A program made the translations under genes and the position numbers. A stretch of 64,000 nt of DNA from Octopus bimaculoides. Its lineage: Eukaryota. The notes beneath the pieces are model-generated. The model saw only the letters and a list, made by a program, of their open reading frames with translations, ran no database searches and was not told the DNA's origin. The stretch lies in contig NC_068984.1 of assembly GCF_001194135.2 (NCBI RefSeq), positions 130,942,823-131,006,822 of the forward strand. Direction: 5' to 3'. Positions 1-11,990 of the stretch are shown here, in pieces (position 1 is the first letter of the stretch; the number at the start of each line of letters is the position of its first letter).

Positions 1-1479
1 ATATTTTTTTTTATTTTACTTTTTTGATTTTATTCAGTAAGGTATAAAAAAAATCTCATGTGTGACATATTGCAAGCCCTATAAACATTTCAAGCCTGTT
101 AAATCAAACCAGACTTTCATGGTGGTGGTGGTGGTGGTGGTGGTGGTGGTAGATTGAAGCAGATAAAGTCTGAAAGAGTAGTCAAAACATGCATGTCCCA
201 GAGGACCTTCTGAAAAATTAATTTTTCTTGTTTGGATTTTAATTAAATACATTTCTAATAGGTGATATATTCTTCATAGAGCCTTCTTTACTCTTTTTCT
301 TAAATTCAACTCAACAGCTGTTCTCAAGAACTTCAAGTTGTGTCATGTGAACTTACTTATCCAATGATATGATAAACTTGCCATCATGTTACCACCTTTT
401 AGTTAGTGTAAAAAAAAAACCCAACTATATTTCTGCTTTTGGCTGGTTTTGTTTATAATCTCTATAACATATACCTCTTAACTCCTCATTGTGTTCCCTC
501 TATGTAGTTATTAATTCTACCATATTGCCTTATTATCATATTGTTCCCTCCATATTGTAATACCTTCTTTATTGTATGACTTCCATATTGTATCAGTTTT
601 CCCTATTCTTGTGTTATATTAATATTACATTAACTCCATATTGCATTTCCTTCCTATTGCTTTCCTTCTATATTTCATTAATATATCCATATTGCATTTA
701 TCATTCCATGTTAATTCAATATTTTATTGATTTTCCCATATCATGCTCCCCTTAACATTGTTTCCCTTGCATACATTGTATTGTTCACATTGTACCACCA
801 TCCCTATTTAGCCCTCCATATGGTATTCCATTTTGTGCTGGTACTTCCTCTGTATTGTATTGATCTTTATTTTACCAAATTGCGTTCCTTATGTTATGCC
901 TTTCAGTCACCATATGTTTAGTCAAGTTTCTGCATAATTGTTGGTTTACTTAAATTTCAACATAACTGTTGCCTCATAAACCATAATATTTAATATTTTG
1001 GTTTTTAGAAACATATCAGTAAGTTGCTTCACTGAACTGGTTATCTGTTTTCTTTTTATCCCCCTTTCTTCTTTATCATCCACTTGTTTGTCTTTGAGGT
1101 GTACTCACCTGTTATTTATTCAAAAGGAAGTTTCTTGTTTAACCACTCTATTTCTGCATATCTATAGGCTCTCTCCAACCTTTACGCTTTCAGTTTGGAT
1201 ACCCCCTCTATTTTCCTTCTTTGTAGTAACAACATCCTTCATGTGACCTCTACCTACAATACAGACTGTTCCACCCTTCACTCTTTCACGCAAACAATTC
1301 AAACACCTCCACAAAACATGCATCTCTTTTATGAACAATGACTCAATACTATTTTTCTATGAGAACGACAATCTACTCTCTTTCAACAACACCAGGATAT
1401 ATCCACTGCAGAAACAGAGACACACCTACACCTTGGCTATTTATAACTCACATAATTAAAACCTTCAAATTATCTAAAA

Positions 1480-1620
1480 ATGCTAAATGTCACCATTCCT
1501 GTAGCCAATACTTCTTCTCAAAGGCTAGGCATTCTCTTCAGTACCAGAATATACTTCACCTCTGAAGAATTGATGAGCAAACCAAACTAGAGTACTGCTC
1601 ATATATTTCACACAGTGCTG
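1480..1620 (+). mobile_element. Decayed CR1/L2-group LINE ORF2 fragment
   Basis: From 1519 reads QRLGILFSTRIYFTSEELMSKP-(frameshift)-LEYCSYI, resembling the post-RT (A)xRRLG..R....LEYCS motif of CR1/L2 elements. Confidence 0.6.
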
Positions 1621-3936
1621 ATACCACACACACATACAACCATTCTAGATCATGTATTCTTATCTCTAAAAAAATGTGATCTGCTGATACATTGAAACTG
1701 TCAGCTCTCAAATAAATTTTCTGTGACCCTTTACACCCAAGGGTCTCTGCTCTTCTGAACTAGTAAGTTGTGAGCTGTTTCAACCAACTCTACATGTTGC
1801 ATCCACATCTCTATCTTTTTCCTTCCTTCTGCAAACACAACATTTTCCCAATGCTTCCTTCTTGAAAGTATAACTCTCTGAAATAACATTAATTTGAAAT
1901 CAAGCTAAACATTAATTATGTGAACCCTTAAAAGTTTGGGAGGACCTGCAATGCCCTTTTTTCATAGATCCTTACCATCATCATTTAATGTCCAAGTTCC
2001 ATGCTGGCACGGGTTGGACAGTTTAACATGATCTAATAGGTCCAAGAACTGCATCAGGTTCCAGTGTCTGCTTTAGCAATATTTCTACAGCTGGATGCAC
2101 TTCTTTATGCCAACCACTTTACAATATGTACTGGGTGTTTTTTTTTTTATGTAAGGTGAAGTCACTATGCAGCTTGAAGGACCACAAACCCCAAAGGCTC
2201 CACTTGATACTAGGAGATGAGGAGTAAAAGTATGAGAGAAAGAAGGTGGGGATCAGAACAGGACAGGTTTCTTGCTGTAGAGGAGCTACATTACTTTTCA
2301 CATTTCAGAAGAGAGGGTGGGGTGATCAGGGTGGAGCAGGGGGAAAGAAAAAATAGATGTCATGGTGAGCCTTCAAGGTATAAGGTGGGTAGAAGTGAAT
2401 GAATTAAAGGGACAAGAAGTTGGGTGGGTGGAAGTTGCACAACAGTATGTGGGGAGTGTGTATATANNNNNNNNNNNNNNNNNNNNNNNNNNNNNNNNNN
2501 NNNNNNNNNNNNNNNNNNNNNNNNNNNNNNNNNNNNNNNNNNNNNNNNNNNNNNNNNNNNNNNNNNNNNNNNNNNNNNNNNNNNNNNNNNNNNNNNNNNN
2601 NNNNNNNNNNNNNNNNNNNNNNNNNNNNNNNNNNNNNNNNNNNNNNNNNNNNNNNNNNNNNNNNNNNNNNNNNNNNNNNNNNNNNNNNNNNNNNNNNNNN
2701 NNNNNNNNNNNNNNNNNNNNNNNNNNNNNNNNNNNNNNNNNNNNNNNNNNNNNNNNNNNNNNNNNNNNNNNNNNNNNNNNNNNNNNNNNNNNNNNNNNNN
2801 NNNNNNNNNNNNNNNNNNNNNNNNNNNNNNNNNNNNNNNNNNNNNNNNNNNNNNNNNNNNNNNNNNNNNNNNNNNNNNNNNNNNNNNNNNNNNNNNNNNN
2901 NNNNNNNNNNNNNNNNNNNNNNNNNNNNNNNNNNNNNNNNNNNNNNNNNNNNNNNNNNNNNNNNNNNNNNNNNNNNNNNNNNNNNNNNNNNNNNNNNNNN
3001 NNNNNNNNNNNNNNNNNNNNNNNNNNNNNNNNNNNNNNNNNNNNNNNNNNNNNNNNNNNNNNNNNNNNNNNNNNNNNNNNNNNNNNNNNNNNNNNNNNNN
3101 NNNNNNNNNNNNNNNNNNNNNNNNNNNNNNNNNNNNNNNNNNNNNNNNNNNNNNNNNNNNNNNNNNNNNNNNNNNNNNNNNNNNNNNNNNNNNNNNNNNN
3201 NNNNNNNNNNNNNNNNNNNNNNNNNNNNNNNNNNNNNNNNNNNNNNNNNNNNNNNNNNNNNNNNNNNNNNNNNNNNNNNNNNNNNNNNNNNNTATATATA
3301 CATATATGTATATATACATACATATATATATACATATATGTATATATACATACATATATATATACATATATGTATATATACATACATATATATATACATA
3401 TATGTATATACACATACATATATATATATATATATATACATATATGTATATACAAATACATATATATATATATATATATACATATATGTATATACACATA
3501 CATATATATACATATACATATATACATATGTATGTATATATCTATATGTATATATATATGTGTGTGTGTTATTTTAGTTAACTCTTTTATGTTTTGAATA
3601 ATATTGATAATACTATATTTCTGTTTCAAAATTCAATATCCTTTTAATGTACGCCATGTATCTTCTTGTTTGTTTAATGTTGTGTAAGTGTAACTGAATA
3701 TGCCAGTTGAATGCATCAAGTATGCAGCCACTAGTGAGTTGAAAAATGGAAGCAAATAACACAAAAAGGCTTATGCAGAATAAGAGCATAGAAACGAAGA
3801 AAATAGGACAGACTGATTTACATAACAAATCAGGTGTTTAAAAAATAACTTGCAAAGCAAAAAAATGAATTAAAGGGACTAGAAGTTGGGTGGGTGGAAG
3901 TTGCACAACAGTATGTGGGGAGTGTGTATATGTATG

Positions 3937-4000
<64 letters not shown>

Positions 4001-4684
4001 ATCTTTTCATCATCACTGCCTCCAATGCCTCCTCCCCTCTTAAAAGTTTTTGTCTTGCAAGTACTTGGTGACCCTGTCAGTGCAAGTGCCACTTAAAAGC
4101 ACCCAGTAAAGTAAAGAGTTTGCAATTATTACAAAAATCCACTTGTTTAATAGAAAACTTTATTTGCACCTAAAGCTTTGACAATTTTTTTGAAAAAAAA
4201 AGAAAATGATCATGTATGAATTTATTCCTGTACTTTGCTTGCAACTGTTCTTCGATACTGATTCAGTTCAACAACTGCCCATGAATGTGGGTTTGTACTT
4301 TCCTAAAACTCTGATGCTCTTGGTGTCCTCACATTATAGCTACCTTTATCATCATCGTCATCATCATCATCATCATTTAATGTCTGTCTTCCATGCATTC
4401 ATGGGTAGGATGGTTGATAGGAGCCAGCCAGGTAGAAGACTACCCCAGGCTGCTGTGTCTGTTTTGGGAGTGTTTTTATGGCTGGATGCCCTTCCTAGCA
4501 CCAACTACACTTCAGAGTCAACTGAGTGCTTTATACATGGCACCAACATGGGTGAGGTCAATTTTAGCATGGTTTTTACAGCTGGATGCCCTTCCAAATG
4601 CCAGCCACTTTACAGAGTGGACTGAATGCATTTTACCTTAGGTTATGGAATTCCATGCTTATAGAAATTATAAAGTATGTCCAC

Positions 4685-4980
4685 CAGTGGCAGACTGGGT
4701 CTAAAAATATTTGTTTCCAGGAGACTAAGGAGGCCTAATCACAACTACCAAGCTATCATTTAATTTTTTTTTTTTTTTTGTTAAAAGTATTCTTTTCGAC
4801 TGTCTACAAACACAGCCAGGCTGAAATAATTAATGCATTCTTCCAGGAGTGAATAAAAAATTCTCAAACTTGAGGGAATGGGCCCCTTAGATACTAACAT
4901 GGTCGCTCATATATGGATTCTAATGGTGCAGGGTCCCACTTGCCATCGGGCAAGCTGGCAACCTGGCCAGTCCGCCACTG
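4685..4980. mobile_element. hAT-type MITE
   Basis: 14-bp TIRs CAGTGGC(A/G)GACTGG; 8-bp flanks ATGTCCAC / ATGACCAC (7/8 match). Confidence 0.75.
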
Positions 4981-6239
4981 ATGACCACTAATTTTGGGAT
5001 ATGATTTGTAGTGTCTTTAGAAATGTGGATAAATTTTAAGAGTTTTAAAACTACACTTTCTTCTTAGTCAAACTGATTTTATTCAAACTCCTACATAATA
5101 TGGGTATATATTTTATGCATGCACAGAGTTTGAAATATATTTGTCAAATTAACAAAGAAATTGAAAAGCATATAGGCATTAAAACACGCATGCAAATAGC
5201 TGCTATGACTCATGAGGACTATTGACGTTTTATTATTTGTTTGTTTCTTTTATTCCTATTTTACTGGTTTCAGTCATTAGAGTGCAGCCATACTGGAGCA
5301 TCTCTTTGGGGAGTTTTAGTCAATTACATCAAACCAAGTACTTTATTTGTTACTTATCTTGTGAGATATAAAATATAAAGTGGAAATTGGCATAAGGAGA
5401 GATAGCTTGGTCAGATGTAAATACCATGTGGCATTTCTGTTTGAATGCACTGTTGTTTTTCCCCTACACTGGAATGGTGTGAAAAAAACTTTTTTCTATT
5501 GATAGGTAAAACATAACTGCATTACGAGAAGAAGCTCTCCTACTCACTATGGTACAAATTTGAACTTGAAACATTAAATAAGTTGTCTTTATTATTATGC
5601 TGACAATGGATGCTCTGCTTTGTGTTTACTCCAAGGAAGAACAGTTTTCAATAATCTGATTTCTATTAGCTGAATGAATTTGCTGTTATAGACTATCTGG
5701 CTTGATTCTCAATCAAAAAGAGAGTTAAAGTAAATTGAAAAGCAAGAGGGCTATGTCAGAAAATAAATATAATGTACTCATATCTTTAAGATCTTCATTG
5801 ACGTAATAAATTTTAAAAAAATTTAGCACAAAAGTAAAAACTAGATCTCTGATTACTGCTCTTCTTTAGTATAACTAGATGAGGTCTGCATGAAGTGATG
5901 CATGTCCTATTAAATTTCATGAGTGTGGGGAAAATCATAAGGGCATTGTGAGTAATTAATGATTTGCTCTTATGTTGCATGTGTGTGTGTGTGTGTGTGT
6001 GTGTTATTTGGGAAAGTGACAATTACTTATTAGTTTCACTTTGTTGGATGCTCCTCTACATTTTGATACACCCATATATGTTAAACTCTTGCATCATATT
6101 CGACAGTGAGGTTGGAGTGACACTGCTAAAAGTCATTAGTGTGAAGGTTATGTTCTGGCAGTATATAAGTCATCCTTTGTGGGGTATACATGTTGGCATA
6201 ACCAAGTCTTGAGTATTTTTGTTGATGCACCAAAACAAT

Positions 6240-6522
6240 GTGATGAAGATCAACTGAAAATATTTTTTCATACTCAGAGTAGCTGAAACATGGAACAAAC
6301 TACCTGCATCAGTTGTTAGTTGCTGAGACATTGCATCCTTTAAAACCTCTATGCTTCCTGAAATTCACCAACACTACACCTGATATCCCCACCTCCATAC
6401 GCATGCAGAAATATATATCATGACTTATACATTGTTCACTTTCCTGACTTTTGTACATAATTCTATGTATTGTACTTGCACCTTTGATGAGTTGTAGAGC
6501 ACCTGAGCACTGTACACAATAA

Positions 6523-6561
<39 letters not shown>

Positions 6562-6586
6562 CATTATTATTATTATTATTATTATT
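6240..6586 (+). mobile_element. 3' end of a CR1-like LINE with (ATT)n tail
   Basis: 6264-6383 reads FFILRVAETWNKLPASVVSC*DIASFKTSMLPEIHQHYT*, the typical CR1 C-terminus pattern FF..RV...WN.LP..VV....SFK. About 140 nt of 3' UTR and (ATT)n at 6526-6586 follow. Confidence 0.8.
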
Positions 6587-9500
6587 TTAAATTTACCCAG
6601 TCTAGTAGCACAGAGCATTTCTTGTTGTGCTACATGCAATTATTACATCTAACAGTGCCTCTGTATGTTTTATAACTTAGTCTATCTTTTCTGAGATTCA
6701 TATGAAAGTTGTATGGTAAATGTGCTAAAATAAATAGAGAATATTCAAAAATAGTTTGTTGAAAATAACCCACATCATATTCACTGGTCAACTAGCAGGG
6801 AATTTTATGTGCAATATTTTTCACAAAAAGATTGTTGTCATAATCTTTTATGAATAAGTAAATAGCAGTAACATTTATACTTTTTATACATTCATATATT
6901 TATTATAAATATGTATATATTTTTGTGAAGAGCAGTGCATACTCCTCTTTGTATTAACAATACATTTTCCAGTGTAAATTTCAATCATTATTATATTTAG
7001 CTTGGATCTGCATATAAGCTTGCTGAAAGTATAAAGGGTTAAAGAAAATGAAGTTGTTAAAAGTATGAGAACAAGTGAGTGTAGGTTTGCGTTACATGAA
7101 TGAAATAGGTGTCCCATTTAAACAAGTTAGACAAAATGTATAGATGAATTCTAACTTGTTTCTAGTAGGTTAAGACATGGCATAGAAACTCCTTTGTTGG
7201 CTTTTGAATATGATATTAGCTGAAAGGAGTGAGTTCATGCTCTTGTTGAAAACAAAAGATACCTAAACTATTGAAGTGTGACAATTCTCAGATAATGTCT
7301 TTTTCTTTTCTAGAGTAGTGGAAGTTTCTTTTTGTTTCTGTGATTCAACTGGGTGTTGCTTCATTCTTCAAGGTTGTAATTGATTCTAAAGGCACCATGT
7401 AAATTTGTTGCTCTGTTTCTTGTTTGCAAATTCAGTCTTTGTATGTGGCTCCGAAAGAAGTTCTGGGACTTACCTTGCCTGTGCCTGTGCGACTTACCTT
7501 GCCTTACCTGTGCAAGTGCCATGTAAAAAGCACTCAGCCCACTCTACGAAGTAGTTGGTGTTAGGAAGGGCATCCAGCTGTCAAACCATGCTAAAACACA
7601 CTCAGAAGCATGGCGCATGCACTGCCTGACCAGCTCCTGTCAAACCATCCAACCCATGCCAACATGGAAGGAGGACCTTAAACAATGATGATGATGATGA
7701 TGAAACTAAATCTTATGATGAGACTGGTATTCGTTTTTGTTTTTTTTAATCTGTTTAAGAATTTCTTAGATATATTGTTTAATGGTAAATGTTTTTAGTT
7801 TTTGTAATCCAATCTAAACTCTTAATTGAAGATAGTAGTTGAAATACTACACCAATCAGAAAAATATTTAAAAGTCAATATATATGACACTTTTTTAGGT
7901 AGAAATTAAGAAAAAAAAAAATGGAATATGTGATCATATTTCAGAATATTGGAATAATTTGAAGGAAAATAGCACTGATAATATAATCGGTTAAGTTATA
8001 TTATCAGTACTTTCTAAAGGGGACTAAGTGCTGTACCTTCTATCTGACCTAAAAATAAAATATAGTATTCTCTTATATCATCATCATTGTTTAACGTCTG
8101 CTTTCCATGCTAGCATGGGTTGGACGATTTGACTGAGGACTGGCGAACCAGATGGCTATGCCAGACTCCAATCTGATTTGGCAGAGTTTCTACAGCTGGA
8201 TGCCCTTCCTTAACGCCAACCACTCCGAGAGTGTAGTGGGTGCTTTTACGTGCCACTGGCACAAAGGCCAGTCAGGCGGTACTGGCAATGGCCACGCTCA
8301 AAATGGTGTATTTTATGTGCCACCTGCACAAGAGCCAGTCCAACAGCACTGGCAACGACCTCACTTGAATGTCTTTTCACGTGCCACCGGCACAAGTGCC
8401 AGGAAGGCGACGCTGGTAACTATTACGCTCAACTGGTGGCAATATAATATTTCCTTTTGGTGCTCTAGAAAATCAGATAGTCTCAAAGTGTAGGTATAAT
8501 TGCAAATATTATTTCATCATCTGATTGAGCTTGCTTGGACAAATGCATGTCATGGATTGTCGTTTAATTGCTAATTTCTTATTTATGGTCGCATGTTGTA
8601 TTGAGGATTGAGTGTTGGTCAAACTGATGGGTTTCCCAGACCAAGATTATAAAAGCATAATTTGTTCTGCAAAGTGAGAGGAAATCCAAAGTGTATTTTA
8701 TGCTTTGCATTTCATCCTCTACTTCCATCCTGTCCCAATGAACTTTGATAAACTACAATCTGACTAACAGACTATTATTTTCCAGTGTCATTATTTTAAA
8801 TTGCCTAATCAGTAAATTTTCTTCATACAAGCGTGGGCTCTCTTAGACACTCTGTGATTAGCTTTGTTTTGACTTCACTTTGCTGAGGAGGTCCAAAAAG
8901 TCTGAAACATTCCCACAGTTGTCACCATGGTTGTCAATCATATGCAATAAAATTTAATTTTTGGCCAATTAAAATTTTAGGAGCTCTCTCTTTATCATTA
9001 ATGTTTATGGATTTTATCCCTATTAAATATATAATTTCACTTAACTAAAATATATTTTTGGTTCACTATGTCAAACATAGTGACTACTTAACTGGCTTAT
9101 AAAAAGAGCCAGAGATCAAATGGTCAGCAAGTGTTTTGTAGTTTCAAAATGCTTTGTTTTAAGTTACAATGGCTGCACACTGAAAATTAGTTATTTATGA
9201 TGGATAAGCAAGTCAAGGGCAAACTGCAGCCATGGGACTTTCTGAATGGTTCACCTATGAAAAATTACTTTGAATTTTTTTAGTAGGGCAGCCCATCTGA
9301 TGATGAGCTTGCTTCTTGAAAAAGGGTTACTATGCCTGGAATTAACAGAAGTGAAAGAATCCTTGCTCAGCAAAATTTTCCATGCAATTAAATTTAAAAC
9401 TGCCTTCTGACAAAGTTTAAAAGCCCTTAAAAAAAAACAACTACTTTATGTCTTAAGATCCAAATAGTAATTTAATGTAAGTTGCTTTCAATGTGTTTAT

Positions 9501-9756
9501 AAAGCATAAACAACTTTCTTCTGGCTGTAATGTTTACTATGTGACATTAATCAAGGGTGAATACATACAAATTGATGATCTAATAGGCAGTAAAAGTTAA
9601 GTAACATTTAGCTTTTAGCAGTTCATTTTGCTGTTTCTATTTATTATTTTTCAATCAATATTGTAAAGTAGAAACCACTTCTGCAGTGGCTGGCATTATT
9701 ATAAAGTAAAATAATTTTGGCAATAGTTCTTTCTTCAATAAGTAAAAAAAAAAAAT

Positions 9757-10330
9757 TGGATAACTATTTTTGCATGGCAGTAAATGAAAACTGTGTGTGT
9801 GTTATTTGTAAAGATTGTTATATTTTATAAAAAGGATGCTCTTGAACACCACTAATAGACTAAAATTAAGGAATATGAAAGACTGAAAGGGCTTCAGTAT
9901 ATAGACAAGCTGATATTTTTAAATGGATCTTAATGCAAACAGCAGTCTGTTTTCAAATGATGCATTAATGATAATATTTCTACAAGTTATGAAATGTGTG
10001 AACTAATAGCAAAGTAAATGAAACCTTAGATTGATAGTTTGTTAACAAGTCTGAATTTTAACTCCAGAAAATGTCAGATTATTGGAATTGTTAGTTTATC
10101 ACAGAAGAATACGATAAACCATATAAAAAATCTGAATTGTCAACAATATCCAAGTCAGCTTGAAACAACCAGCGTCAGAATGTGTGTTGGTATGTGATAG
10201 CTGTAAATGAGATAACAGATATAAATGCAGCACTGTTAACTAAATACTTGTATGTGCCATAACAGCAAACTATGTTTTGTAAAGATTTACTTGCGATAAA
10301 ATCAATGCATCTCTGAAATCAAATCAGCAA
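9757..10330 (+). mobile_element. Fossil hAT (SPIN/Charlie-like) transposase, with stops and frameshifts
   Basis: Remnant peptides in the expected order: KTVCVICKD, DALEHH**TKIKEYERLKGLQYIDKL, KNTINHIKNL, WYVIAVNEITDIN (compare YSIAVDESTD) and CKDLLAIKSMH (compare EELLDIKSMH). Confidence 0.65.
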
Positions 10331-10435
10331 CAGAGATTTCAGTTTACGCTATGATAAACTTAACGGCATAGTTACAGATGATACTGTTAAGTATTCAACT
10401 ACTGTAAGTGCTTAATTTGTTCCAAAGCTTTACTC

Positions 10436-10639
10436 CAAGGGTGGAAAACCTTTTTAATACTATGAACAAAAATGTTAATGTATAAAAAAGCCTCAATCAG
10501 TTTGCTTAGTATAATTGTCTACACACTTCTAATTGTTGTAAAATGAAAGATTCATTATTTTTCTCAGCATAGATGTGTTCACAGAGGTTCTTATACACTT
10601 TCAATTTACCCATAGGATTAAAAAGATTTCCCACCCCTG
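10436..10639. mobile_element. hAT-like MITE / inverted repeat
   Basis: CAAGGGTGGAAAACCTTTTTAATACTATG at the left end versus CAGGGGTGGGAAATCTTTTTAATCCTATG as the reverse complement of the right end. No direct TSD. Confidence 0.6.
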
Positions 10640-11299
10640 GTGTAAAGATTTGATATTGAGTAAGTCTTTTTATTGTGACTGTACACTCAAACACACAAAT
10701 TTATATATATTTGCATATGTGTGCAACTATGAATATGGAAATAAAATGATTGATATAATGAGAAGGGTTGAGAGCTGGTAGAGAACTAAATCAAATGCCT
10801 TGCATTAGCTAGTCTGGTCTTTCAGCATTCTGAGTTCAAATCTCATTGAGGTTGGTTCTTGAATCATTGAAATGAATACCTGTCATACACTAAGGTTGAT
10901 CCAATCAACTATACCAATGTCTACATAAAAATAAACTTTTTAGCTATGTAAATGTAATCAATATACATGGCTAGGTTTACAGAAAAACATAGATCTTATA
11001 CACATTTAGCTGTCATCCTTTGAAGATCAACTTTGGTTTTAGTTTAAATGGGTCACCACATGACTTCTGGTCAGGAACAATTGTTAAGTCAAATGCTCTG
11101 TTGGCACTCACGTATTTTTCTATTGATTTTTAAACTTTATGTTTACAGTTTACTGTAGAGAAAAATAAATGCAAATAATGACGCTTTGTTTTGGGGAAGT
11201 ATTAAGAAAAGTAATAAGGATCAATGTAACCTGTTTCCACTGAGTTGATATTCTTCTCTTAGGAATGAGTAGTATGAGATTTTATGAAACACACATAGA

Positions 11300-11385
11300 T
11301 AAACACACACACACACACACAATAAATACACACACACACACACACATACATGCACACAGATTATATATATATATGTGTATGTATG

Positions 11386-11453
<68 letters not shown>

Positions 11454-11538
11454 TGCATACACACAGATTATATATATATATATAAATATATGTATATATG
11501 TATAAGTATATATATATATATAAATATATGTATAAATA

Positions 11539-11570
<32 letters not shown>

Positions 11571-11580
11571 AATATATAGG
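11300..11580. repeat. Compound (CA)n/(TA)n microsatellite, representative of dozens in the window
   Basis: Directly visible. Similar arrays at 3293-3570, 3930-4000, 30495-30630, 38880-39030, 43175-43270, 61855-61898 and 63245-63277; (GAT)n at 13540-13640; (GGT)n at 121-149. Confidence 0.98.
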
Positions 11581-11990
11581 GTGCAGGAGTGGCTGTGTGG
11601 TAAATAGCTTGCTTACCAACCACATGGTTCCGGGTTCATTCCCACTGCGTGGCACCTTGGGCAAGTGTCTTCTACTATAGCCTCGGGCCAACCAAAGCCT
11701 TGTGAGTGGATTTGGTAGACGGAAACTGAAAGAAGCCCGTCGTTTATATGTATATATATATATATATGTATGTATGTGTGTTTGTGTGTCTGTGCTTGTC
11801 CCCCCACCATTGCTTGACAACCGATGCTGGTGTGTTTACGTCCCCGTAACTTAGCGGTTCAGCAAAAGAGACCGTTAGAATAAGTACTAGGCTTACAAAT
11901 AAGTCCTGGGGTCGATTTTCTCGACTAAAGGTGGTGCTCCAGCATGGCCGCAGTCAAATGACTGAAACAAGTAAAAGAGTAAAAGAGTAT
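11581..11990 (+). mobile_element. tRNA-derived SINE family A, representative copy
   Basis: Head GGAGTGGCTGTGTGGTAA...GGTTCATTCCC, body GCACCTTGGGCAAGTGTCTTCTACTATAGCC, internal (TA)/(TG) microsatellite. Related copies at about 13965, 19785, 34845, 39620 and 60255 (+), and 52130 and 54140 (-). Confidence 0.85.

Noticed and set aside
1108-1248. Exon-like segment on the - strand (TTGTAG acceptor, CAG/GTGAGT donor)
   Set aside because: All three frames contain stops and no partner exons were found. A non-coding exon cannot be supported from sequence alone.
2360-3629. Long ORFs of 370-418 aa in the ORF track, and similar X-filled ORFs at 12.1, 26.7, 28.0, 31.7, 35.2, 53.6, 58.8, 60.4 and 62.0 kb
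   Set aside because: They run through N gaps and (TA)/(CA) microsatellites; the YIYI and HTHT peptides are artefacts.
7465-7510. Repeated GACTTACCTTGCC resembling the U1 snRNA 5' end
   Set aside because: Only about 10 nt are similar, inside a SINE copy, with no U1 stem-loops or Sm site.
10105-10189. Apparent exon (CAG acceptor, GTATGT donor, open frame KNTINHIKNL...)
   Set aside because: Better explained as part of the decayed hAT transposase.
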